Of a DNA stretch of 25,190 bases, positions 15,104 to 22,935 are shown piece after piece. A program made the position numbers and the translations under genes. Origin of the DNA: a virus (taxonomy: Duplodnaviria; Caudoviricetes); IMG/VR virus record IMGVR_UViG_3300048606_000071, positions 1-25,190 of that record; one strand, 5' to 3'. Every line of letters starts with the position of its first letter. The stretch's first letter is position 1. The notes under the pieces are model-generated. The model saw nothing but the letters and a program-made list of their open reading frames with translations, was not told the DNA's origin and did no database searches.

Positions 15104-16186
15104 AAAATTTCCTCCTTCTAAATTATCCAGATATAAGTTTGGTTCGCTTGCTTGTGCTTCTGCTAATGTTGGATAGACATGTAAGAGAATAGGAGTAGCA
15201 GTGCCTACATCTTGATACATGTCTTGACTTTCTACGACAATAGAAATGTCTGTCCCATCAGTGTAAGCAGTAATGTCAATTTCTTTTCTTACTTCCGTTC
15301 CCAGTGCCCAAGCTTTCCAAGCACCATTTATAAAAACATTCGCACCGATATAGTCAGTAATCAAAGGTCTGGTGAATGTCACTTCAATTTTATTGTCTTC
15401 GATCATTCGTGCTACAATATTTGTTGGCACTTTTGGTGGCATTAATCTGTCTAAGGAGTCAATTCGGTTCAAGTCGATCTGATTTGTTCCATGCGAAACG
15501 CCCCACTCACTTGCAGTGGCGGGCACATCGTATTGCCAATTACTGAAACTTGTCCATCCACCCCAGTTAGGCACAATATATTCTGGTGCAGTTTGAGCCA
15601 CTTTGTATTGGTCATACTCTGCTAACCATAGTGGCATATTACTCAGTTCGGCTATTTGCTCAGTAGTCATGGCTATTCCATCAGTAGGATAAGCCCCTTC
15701 TTGCATAAACCATCGACCCGCATATAAACCAAGTTTTCTTTTTGTAACTGAATTAAATCGATCCCTAAAACGCTTTACCCAAGCTAGAATCTTTGTGCCA
15801 TCCATTCCATAAAACATAGGCTTTTGTGGTACATCTGCGCCCCAAGATTCAACGTCCACATAAGGGACTAAATCGCCATAATCGCCCACACCATAAGCTT
15901 GTTGTAACACTTCGATAAATTGGTCACACTGGGCATCTGCTTCTACACCGCCATCTACCGCTACATCAGTGCTTGGAGTAGCAAAGTAGTATGCGCCAGT
16001 GGGCACACCTCTTGAACGAAACAATTGCGCCCTTGCAATAAATTCTGTATCTGGGGCAGTATGGTTTGATCCATAGGCTCTTAAAATAATGGCTGGCGAT
16101 TTGGAAATTAATAATTCTACGTCCACAATCGTCTGTAACGAAGACAAGTCTGGGAAGATAATATTGGATTGTCCTCTAGTTTGCAC
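14705..16186 (-). CDS. GH25 muramidase-FN3-like-tail tube fusion protein (493 aa)
   Basis: GTG 16186 with RBS AGGGAGG. GH25 motifs PDLSSLQ, GAYYFA, DVE, LWLAEY, WQY, IDLN; then PPKVPTNIVA...IEVTF; no stop before the tube domain. Confidence 0.82.
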   Translation of the reverse strand: MQTRGQSNIIFPDLSSLQTIVDVELLISKSPAIILRAYGSNHTAPDTEFIARAQLFRSRGVPTGAYYFATPSTDVAVDGGVEADAQCDQFIEVLQQAYGVGDYGDLVPYVDVESWGADVPQKPMFYGMDGTKILAWVKRFRDRFNSVTKRKLGLYAGRWFMQEGAYPTDGIAMTTEQIAELSNMPLWLAEYDQYKVAQTAPEYIVPNWGGWTSFSNWQYDVPATASEWGVSHGTNQIDLNRIDSLDRLMPPKVPTNIVARMIEDNKIEVTFTRPLITDYIGANVFINGAWKAWALGTEVRKEIDITAYTDGTDISIVVESQDMYQDVGTATPILLHVYPTLAEAQASEPNLYLDNLEGGNFMPTVAMGTTIKKTDGAAIAGLTSISGLDLSADTIDVTTLSSEGGYREFTSSFRDAGEVSISGYFDYTSHSPLLDDFQAGSTGAYVITFPNGSTWTFDAVVVGFSTSAELEDLISFEGTLKVSGEPTLTAPTP

Positions 16187-16204
16187 TATTCTTCCTCCCT
16201 TCTT

Positions 16205-16594
16205 TTACACCCATAAACGCATGCTAATAGAGCATCTATAATAATCATGGTCTTTATCATGCAATTCGTCTGGCTGCTCGTAAGAAATGCCTTTAATGAA
16301 CGGCCCATCGATTCCGATTGACCGCCCAAAAAAAGAAATGATTTTATCAATAACAAGCTTGGTGTTCTCTTTCATTTCTACATAACTTTGAGCAAGTATA
16401 AAAAGTTCGCACACCATTTCTTTTGTGTTGGCATATCCATTTAGGTCTTGGGTGCGCTCACCTTCTGAAGAAATGTAGACAATAAAAGGTGGCTCAATCC
16501 CTTCTTTTGCATAAAGGGGAAATACCTTATTTTCAAGAGAAGGAATACTTGAGATTTCCACTACCAAGGCTTCTTCAAAATTCATCTGTTTCAC
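16205..16594 (-). CDS. Tail completion/terminator protein
   Basis: KVFPLYAKEGIEPPFIVY; lies between the HK97 gp10-like gene and the tube gene. The start may be the later ATG (MNFEE). Confidence 0.75.
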   Translation of the reverse strand: MKQMNFEEALVVEISSIPSLENKVFPLYAKEGIEPPFIVYISSEGERTQDLNGYANTKEMVCELFILAQSYVEMKENTKLVIDKIISFFGRSIGIDGPFIKGISYEQPDELHDKDHDYYRCSISMRLWV

Positions 16595-16598
16595 CTAC

Positions 16599-17096
16599 TC
16601 AAGTGAGTCTTCTAATTTCTTTTACTAAGACATCTACCACTTTTTCACTTGATGCTTTTTCGTTGTCTTCAATGGCATGCGCTATGAAATATTCGCCTTC
16701 TCTACGATCATTTTCTCGTAAGAAACCATATTCCATCGAAACTGGATAGTACCCAGTAGTCTCAGTTCCACCGAAAACGCCAGGATTTACAATATCTTTT
16801 CGAAAAATGTCAGTCATTTTGGTGTCAAAGATGATCCGATAAACCGATTTATACTTATTTCTTTTCCTCGGTCTTTCGAGTCGTCTTCTCAGTCCTTTTT
16901 TTAGTGCGCCACTTTTCTCTGGCGCATCGTCTATAGCTTGGGGGAGAATCATGTCGATACCTTGTCTGGCTGCTTTCGTAATAATGCTTTTTTTGATTTC
17001 CCCCACTCGCTCCAATTGCCTTTTTAATTCGTCTGTCCCTTCTACTGAAAGGAACACTCCATGACCCATATGAATTCCACTGGCTCTCCTTGCCAT
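16599..17096 (-). CDS. HK97 gp10-like neck protein
   Basis: VEGTDELKRQL, APEKSGALKK, MEYGF, YFIAHA. Confidence 0.8.
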   Translation of the reverse strand: MARRASGIHMGHGVFLSVEGTDELKRQLERVGEIKKSIITKAARQGIDMILPQAIDDAPEKSGALKKGLRRRLERPRKRNKYKSVYRIIFDTKMTDIFRKDIVNPGVFGGTETTGYYPVSMEYGFLRENDRREGEYFIAHAIEDNEKASSEKVVDVLVKEIRRLT

Positions 17097-17447
17097 TCAT
17101 AACACCTCTTTGCACAATAATTGCCATTCTATATTGCGCTCTTGAAAGTTTATTGGTGGCGAAGTAATTTGAAAAACACGTTCTCCGAATTTAATTCTCA
17201 TATAGGCATCAACATCTAAATTTGGGACATATCGCATATGAACTCGGTGGGTAATTTCACTATTCATGAATTCGGCACTCAATACTTCTTTACCGCTTAT
17301 AGGAAGAATCGCCACTCTTGTTTTAAAAAAGTCCACCCAGTTTTCAGTTGAATCGACAATTTCGCCATATGAATTCTGATTGTCTGCTTTTTTTTGAATG
17401 GTTACAACATGTCTATACTTACCAGAATTGATTCGAAACATTGTCAT
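17097..17447 (-). CDS. Head closure / head-tail joining protein (SPP1 gp16-like)
   Basis: GKYRHVVTIQ...NSYGE...PISGKE...MRY...MRIKF...LLCKE. Confidence 0.88.
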   Translation of the reverse strand: MTMFRINSGKYRHVVTIQKKADNQNSYGEIVDSTENWVDFFKTRVAILPISGKEVLSAEFMNSEITHRVHMRYVPNLDVDAYMRIKFGERVFQITSPPINFQERNIEWQLLCKEVL

Positions 17448-17457
17448 AATTACTCAC

Positions 17458-17742
17458 CTACAATAAATTTATAGAGTGCATATGTAGAATGCTCTGTATA
17501 AAAGGATTAATGGTCTGAGTTTCAACGGTATAGGCTCGGTTATCGTAAAGTTCAGTTGATAACGCAAATAAAACCATTGTCAAGTCTTCTTTGGTGTCTG
17601 CTATTTCGGCACTAAGCCCAGTGTAGCCTTGAATAAATGATTTGCATGCCACCAAGATCGTATCAAATAAGCCATCGTCTTCGTTATGATAAACATGTGC
17701 ATAATTTTTAAGGTCTGTTGTTGTTACATCACTCATTTTCAT
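17458..17742 (-). CDS. Head-tail connector (HK97 gp6-like)
   Basis: LKNYAHV...EDD...FIQGYTG...LYDNR. Confidence 0.88.
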   Translation of the reverse strand: MKMSDVTTTDLKNYAHVYHNEDDGLFDTILVACKSFIQGYTGLSAEIADTKEDLTMVLFALSTELYDNRAYTVETQTINPFIQSILHMHSINLL

Positions 17743-17974
17743 GATTATCTACCGCTTTTTTTGTTTTTGCAGTCATTTTTTTAGCTTCATTTTGCGTAGG
17801 GGCTTCTCCTTTGGAAGAAGCACTTTTTTGATTTTGGGAAGGCGATTCGATTGCTTCTACATATCCAGAAGCAAGCAATTCATCCATTACTTGCTTGTCT
17901 TTAACTTCGATGATCTGTCCTACTGTCCCAGAATGTTCTTGAGAGAAAAAACTAGTTAAACATCTTGCTTTCAT
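17729..17974 (-). CDS. Small post-capsid protein
   Basis: MKARCLTSF...GQIIEV...ELLASGYVE with a basic tail; RBS GGAGGTGA. Confidence 0.7.
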   Translation of the reverse strand: MKARCLTSFFSQEHSGTVGQIIEVKDKQVMDELLASGYVEAIESPSQNQKSASSKGEAPTQNEAKKMTAKTKKAVDNHENE

Positions 17975-17987
17975 GTCCTCACCTCCA

Positions 17988-18008
17988 AAGGAGAATTAAA
18001 TTCTCCTT
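17988..18008 (-). terminator. Hairpin (weak terminator or mRNA stabiliser) after the capsid and 178-aa genes
   Basis: AAGGAGAAT-TTA-ATTCTCCTT with only a short T run. Confidence 0.45.
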
Positions 18009-18543
18009 AAAATGTTTGATCGTTTAAATGAGCCTTTGGAATGTTCTTCTGGGCTTGGGCTTGCTCTTGTTGTGAAGGCTTTTGACCACCGCTTGGCTTC
18101 GCTTGTTGTGTTTTCTTTTGTGCTTGATTCATTGTTTCTTCTGCTTGTTTAATCTGTTCTTCTGCTCGTTGAATTTTTTTCTCTTCTGCTTGTTGAAGCT
18201 TTTGAGTGGCTAATTGTTCGCCTTCCATTTTCGCTTCTTCTTTTATTTGTTGAAGCTTTTCTTGTTTTTGATCTTCTAATGTATTTACATCTTTTTGAAT
18301 GAACTCTGATTCTGCTTTTTGTCTTTCACTTAGGCGAACCGCTTCAACTTCTGCTTGCCAGAACATTTCTTCTTCACTTTGGTTCATAAGGTTTTGCACT
18401 TCTTGTCCTTGTGTGTCGGTAGAGTAAGCTACCCCTTGTTGAATTAAGTCTTTTGCTTGTTGTAAGTTCGTTACTTCAAACTCTTGACCTGCAAACGCTT
18501 TCACTACGCCATCTATGTTTTTAATCGCTTTTAATTTCATCAT
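18007..18543 (-). CDS. Post-capsid protein with a Gln/Glu/Lys-rich coiled coil
   Basis: RBS AAGGAGG; N-terminal MKLKAI...GQEFEV...DLIQQGVA followed by about 130 Q/E/K-rich residues. Confidence 0.75.
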   Translation of the reverse strand: MMKLKAIKNIDGVVKAFAGQEFEVTNLQQAKDLIQQGVAYSTDTQGQEVQNLMNQSEEEMFWQAEVEAVRLSERQKAESEFIQKDVNTLEDQKQEKLQQIKEEAKMEGEQLATQKLQQAEEKKIQRAEEQIKQAEETMNQAQKKTQQAKPSGGQKPSQQEQAQAQKNIPKAHLNDQTF

Positions 18544-18557
18544 TAGTCCTCCTTTTA

Positions 18558-19745
18558 TTAAACCGCTGCCATTTTTAAACGTGTGATTCTTTGTGGTTCT
18601 ACTACTTTTGCATCAAATTCGATATAACCGCAAATTCCTAAAGCATGTTGTGTTGCATATAATTCTTGGAGAACTTGGATTTCTACATTTTGAGCAAGCT
18701 TGACATATAATCCACTATAATCACCGAAACTGAGCACATTTGCATTTGCTTCAATTGTAGAAGGTGCAGACTCAGATACATATACTGGGCGACCAAGCAA
18801 AGTGTAGCCAAACCCTTCAGTAATGTTGTTATTTAGTAATGGGTAGCCATCGGCATCTTTTAACTGGCGAATGCCTTTGAAAATCTGTTTGTTCATGATC
18901 CAACCCGCATTCCCTTGGAATTGTTCTGGCACTGCCATTTGTGTATTGATAAGATCATCTAAGGTAATAGCAGTAGCCGATTCTGCGGTAACTGGTGTAA
19001 TGTCTGCATCAACGAAAATTCCAGTGGCCGCATCTGTTCCACCGACACCCACAAGCAATTCTCTCTCTAAAAAGTCTGCAATTGACTCGGACATGCGATT
19101 CACAATGAACGAAGTTAGATCAAAGTCAGTGCGATTTATCAAAGAACGTGATAATTGAACTAGAGAACCCGCAATAAAGTTTTGAAGCTTAACAGTAGTA
19201 AAATTGCCATTTGTAGCAGTTAATTGAGTCATATCGGCAACATAAGCAGTTTGAATTGTATTCGGGTCAAACTTAGGGAAGATTAAATTTCCTCCTACGT
19301 TAAACACTGTAGAAAGTGCATAGATAGGTGAAAGCTCTTTTACTCTCATGATGATCCTATCGGCAATTGTTTCGGGTATGATCCCACCGTTTCCAGAAAC
19401 ATCTAAGGCTCTTTCTTCACCTTTAATGAACTTTAAAAACTTCTCTTCTTCTAATGATCTTTTTTCTTCTGCTTCTGGTGTTTTGCTTTGTTGCATTTTT
19501 TGTTGGTTCATATCTTTTGCAGTTTGTTCTGCTTGTAAAGTCTTGTCGATTTGCTCTACTTCAGTTTTTGCTTTTTCAAACTCTGTATTCTCTTCTTCTG
19601 ATAATGAACGAGTTTCTTCTTTTGCCTTCTTTACCAGATTATCCATTTGCGTTAATAGGTTATTTCTTTGTTCTAGCAAAGAAGGCATTGAACGAGTTTC
19701 AATTTTCTTTGCAAATACATTAGTAGGTAAAATTAATTGAGTCAT
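18558..19745 (-). CDS. Major capsid protein, HK97 fold with N-terminal delta domain
   Basis: Coiled-coil N-terminus, GGIIPETI, WIMN...LKDADG.PL, TLLGRPV, FGDYS. Confidence 0.95.
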   Translation of the reverse strand: MTQLILPTNVFAKKIETRSMPSLLEQRNNLLTQMDNLVKKAKEETRSLSEEENTEFEKAKTEVEQIDKTLQAEQTAKDMNQQKMQQSKTPEAEEKRSLEEEKFLKFIKGEERALDVSGNGGIIPETIADRIIMRVKELSPIYALSTVFNVGGNLIFPKFDPNTIQTAYVADMTQLTATNGNFTTVKLQNFIAGSLVQLSRSLINRTDFDLTSFIVNRMSESIADFLERELLVGVGGTDAATGIFVDADITPVTAESATAITLDDLINTQMAVPEQFQGNAGWIMNKQIFKGIRQLKDADGYPLLNNNITEGFGYTLLGRPVYVSESAPSTIEANANVLSFGDYSGLYVKLAQNVEIQVLQELYATQHALGICGYIEFDAKVVEPQRITRLKMAAV

Positions 19746-20431
19746 TTAGTTATACTTCCCTTCATTTTTAAAATCGTTAGTTCATGGTCTAGCAAAGAGT
19801 AATCAATGCTTCTTTTTTCGTTCTTTTCTTCTTTAGAAGCTTTCTTCGTTTCTTCGTTTGAAGCTTTCTTCGTTTCTTCCTTGGAAGATTGGTTCTTTTC
19901 TTCTTTGTTGGAATTGTCGATAATACGAGTTTCGATTTCATCGGCTCTTTGCTCACAAACAAGGGAGTCTTCGCCCCTCATTTCTATTGATGTAGCAACG
20001 TAAGCTGGCAATTTGTCCAAAATGGAAACTTCCAGAAGGTCTAGGTCTTTAACCATTCGCTTCTGAATGCCCTCACTCGTTTCGCTCCAATCATCGATGT
20101 TGGAAATGAACCCAAAACTCCATCCTTTTAAGGTCCCGCTTTTGGCTTTTTCCATGACCTCTGGGTCTGAAACAGTAGCAATTCCACGAAGTCCTATAGA
20201 ATCTTCGTACAATTCAAGTGAACCCTCAGAAGTTGATCCAAGTTTTCGCTCTTTCATGTGATTGAAAAGCAAGTCCACATTGTTGGTCTTTTGCAAGGCT
20301 CTTTCAAAAGTCTTGGGTGCAATTTCTTCTTTGAAGCGTCCTTTTGGTGAAGGTAGAACTCTACTTTCTCGACCCACCGCATTGATGTAGCCATCCAATA
20401 CGACACTATCGTTACGAATTTCAATTCTCAT
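19742..20431 (-). CDS. HK97-family prohead protease
   Basis: Start moved to ATG 20431 (RBS GGGAGGTGA). LLFNH, LELYEDSIGL, GWSFGF, LLEVSI...PAY. Confidence 0.92.
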   Translation of the reverse strand: MRIEIRNDSVVLDGYINAVGRESRVLPSPKGRFKEEIAPKTFERALQKTNNVDLLFNHMKERKLGSTSEGSLELYEDSIGLRGIATVSDPEVMEKAKSGTLKGWSFGFISNIDDWSETSEGIQKRMVKDLDLLEVSILDKLPAYVATSIEMRGEDSLVCEQRADEIETRIIDNSNKEEKNQSSKEETKKASNEETKKASKEEKNEKRSIDYSLLDHELTILKMKGSITK

Positions 20432-20456
20432 GTCTTCACCTCCCTTCAAAGGCAAT

Positions 20457-20485
20457 AAAAAAACAACCCATAATGTTGGATTGTT
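20457..20485 (-). terminator. Terminator-like hairpin between the subtilase and prohead protease genes
   Basis: Minus strand AACAATCCA-ACATTA-TGGGTTGTT followed by a T run. Confidence 0.55.
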
Positions 20486-20488
20486 CAC

Positions 20489-20538
20489 TTTGCATGCAAT
20501 TTGCATACACTTTTTTATTTGCTTGCAGTTTGCTTGCA
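20489..20538. repeat. Four 10-bp repeats TTTGC(A/T)T(G/A)CA in two 11-bp-spaced pairs
   Basis: TTTGCATGCA 20489, TTTGCATACA 20500, TTTGCTTGCA 20518, TTTGCTTGCA 20529. Confidence 0.75.
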
Positions 20539-21516
20539 TTAGCAAAAAGTTCGTTCAATGTAGTTCACAATGGCTCTAAATCGATTCGAATAATCTAACC
20601 GAATCATGCCATGCCCTTCTGAAGAAGCTTCATATCCTAATGGAATTAAATGCTTTACTAGGGTGGCAAAAATTTCGCACTCGGTTAACTCTCTTTTGAA
20701 AAGATTCTCATTAATATTGATTAAAAGTGCCAGTGCCCCAGATACATGGGGAGTCGCCATCGATGTTCCAGACAAAGTGGCATACTTGCCTTCTAAATAA
20801 GTTGATAAAATGTTGACCCCTGGCGCAATCACATCAACTTGCAAATTATTGTTTGAAAAATCGGCTAGTTTATTTTTTTCATCACTGGCTGCTACTTCGA
20901 TTACTTCGTTATAAAAGCCAGGGAAGCCGAATTCATGGCTTTTTTCATCGTTATCGCCTTCATTTCCAGAAGCAACGACCACTGCTATTTCTGCAAGAGT
21001 CGCATCTTTAATGGCTTTTTTTAAGTTCGGATCGTCAAAAGAGCCACCCAAAGACATGTTCATGATGCGTACACGTTCACCATTTTCACCTCTCCAAGTG
21101 GTTGCATAATGAATGCCATCAATAATGCTTTGATAAGAGCCACTTCCATTGCCATCTAGCACTTTAACCACTAAAAGACTCGCTTCTGGGGCTACTCCTA
21201 CGACTCCGATTCCTTGAGCACTCGCACAAATTGTTCCAGAAACATGAGTGCCATGCCCATTTCTATCGTTAAAATCGTCTGGCGACCCTTCATCACTGAA
21301 GTTTTTGCCACCTATGATGCGGTCTTTTAGGTCTGGGTGTGTAATATCGCATCCAGTATCTAACACTGCGACTACAACGCCCTTTCCTTTTTCGCCTTTC
21401 TCCCAGACTGAAGGAGAATCAATTCTTTCAATCCCATAGGGCACTTGGTCTACTGAATTTTGAGTGCTTATGACTTTAAAGGGTATTAAGTGGGTCAAGT
21501 TCTGCATTTCCGTCAT
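20539..21516 (-). CDS. Subtilisin-family (S8) serine protease, intracellular ISP type
   Basis: Catalytic triad VLDTG / HGTHVSG / GTSMATPHV, oxyanion motif ASGNEG, N-terminal LIPF motif, no signal peptide; RBS GAGGGGG. Confidence 0.93.
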   Translation of the reverse strand: MTEMQNLTHLIPFKVISTQNSVDQVPYGIERIDSPSVWEKGEKGKGVVVAVLDTGCDITHPDLKDRIIGGKNFSDEGSPDDFNDRNGHGTHVSGTICASAQGIGVVGVAPEASLLVVKVLDGNGSGSYQSIIDGIHYATTWRGENGERVRIMNMSLGGSFDDPNLKKAIKDATLAEIAVVVASGNEGDNDEKSHEFGFPGFYNEVIEVAASDEKNKLADFSNNNLQVDVIAPGVNILSTYLEGKYATLSGTSMATPHVSGALALLININENLFKRELTECEIFATLVKHLIPLGYEASSEGHGMIRLDYSNRFRAIVNYIERTFC

Positions 21517-22741
21517 TTTTTAGATCCCCCTCATTAGTAGCATTTGTTGGATTGTCCATCGTGTTTGTCTGATTCGTGTTTGGTGTATAGATTTCTTGCG
21601 TTTCTGGGTTATAAAGAACATCTTGCAGACCAAGCTTAATGAAGTTAAGTCCTAATGGTGGCAAATTCTCCTTATATCGCACTTCGTCAATTTGAAGAAT
21701 GCCATTTTTAGTGCCAATTTCGTATGCTTCGTAGCGTTCTTTGATACTGGCTCTTGTTAATTCATTGGTATCAAAGGCAAAATAAAAAGACCCTTTTTCG
21801 CTTGGAAGTAGGAAGTCTTTATTTAAAGCGCACTCAAACGCATTTAATATGGGCAGAATACAGATTTTTATCCAATTATTGTACTCTTCATCAGATACTT
21901 GCCCATCTAAAAGGCTAGGTGGCACAAGGAATAGCTTGCATATTTCACTGGAATTCGTGTTCTTATGCTCAGATAACTGCATTTCTACACTTGTGCTAGA
22001 TGCTTCAGTGAATTCAAGACCGTTATTCAATACAACAACATTCTCAGTGTTATTTTTGTAGAGATTGTTCCAAGCTAGTTTCAATTCTTCTATTGCTTCT
22101 TTCGATAAACGCCCTTGGCTGCGTAAAAATCCCTTTTTGTTTCCACCAGTTATCAAAAGATCATCTTCAAATACAAGAGTGTTGTAAGCTACCGACAAAG
22201 CTTTATTGTTTTCTTTAATAATGCCCTTGCCAGTAATGCCATCTTTTGATTTTCGAGTTAATTTAATGAATTCCCAATCCTCATATGGCATGCCATTGAC
22301 CAAAATTGTCACTTCTTTAAAAATAGGGTCTGGCATCTTATTGACACCCACATGGATATTATCAACATAGTGAATGCTTTTAACTTGGTTTCGCACTCGG
22401 TTTATGTAAGCATATCCAGAACCATATAATAAATAATCTTCAATTAAAGCCCTTTTAAATTGGTAGCCATCCAACATGTCCTCGGTACTATCATTCAACA
22501 AAGAAACTCGCACATCATTTTCAACAATTTCGGTAGTCTTTTCACTCTCTTTATATAAATTAATGGGCAAACTAGCAATCGTTGTGCATATCAACTCAAC
22601 GCATGCACTAACACTTGGGATATTTAACGCTTGCTCTTTTGTGATTTCACTTGTGAGAATGCCCCCTTGAATTAAAATCTCTTCAAGAGTTTGGCGTTTC
22701 TCTTTTTTGCGAAAAAGGTTAAACGGTTTTATAGTTTTCAC
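21476..22741 (-). CDS. Portal protein, HK97 family
   Basis: ALNIPSVSACVELI..TIASLP, LLYGSGYAYI, EICKLFLVPP, DEVRYKENLPP. The start codon is uncertain. Confidence 0.93.
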   Translation of the reverse strand: MKTIKPFNLFRKKEKRQTLEEILIQGGILTSEITKEQALNIPSVSACVELICTTIASLPINLYKESEKTTEIVENDVRVSLLNDSTEDMLDGYQFKRALIEDYLLYGSGYAYINRVRNQVKSIHYVDNIHVGVNKMPDPIFKEVTILVNGMPYEDWEFIKLTRKSKDGITGKGIIKENNKALSVAYNTLVFEDDLLITGGNKKGFLRSQGRLSKEAIEELKLAWNNLYKNNTENVVVLNNGLEFTEASSTSVEMQLSEHKNTNSSEICKLFLVPPSLLDGQVSDEEYNNWIKICILPILNAFECALNKDFLLPSEKGSFYFAFDTNELTRASIKERYEAYEIGTKNGILQIDEVRYKENLPPLGLNFIKLGLQDVLYNPETQEIYTPNTNQTNTMDNPTNATNEGDLKNDGNAELDPLNTL

Positions 22742-22755
22742 CCCCTTTAAATTCT

Positions 22756-22935
22756 TTAATCACTGCTATATTTTCTTTCAAGTTTGGCTGCTTGTGTAAC
22801 GAATTCGATTTTATGATAAGGTACTTCGCCCACTTCCCAACAAAATTCAATAGAGCGAAGCCCTTTAAGCAAGCATCCATCCATCCACATTTCGATTACA
22901 CCATTTTCATCTACGGTTAATTTAAACTTATCCAT
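22756..22935 (-). CDS. Small hypothetical protein between large terminase and portal (59 aa)
   Basis: TAATG overlap with the terminase stop favours ATG 22935: MDKFKLTVDENG... Confidence 0.6.
   Translation of the reverse strand: MDKFKLTVDENGVIEMWMDGCLLKGLRSIEFCWEVGEVPYHKIEFVTQAAKLERKYSSD

Noticed and set aside
15104-16186. GH25 as a stand-alone second endolysin gene
   Set aside because: No stop codon separates it from the tube domain in this sequence; kept only as the alternative that would refute the fusion finding.
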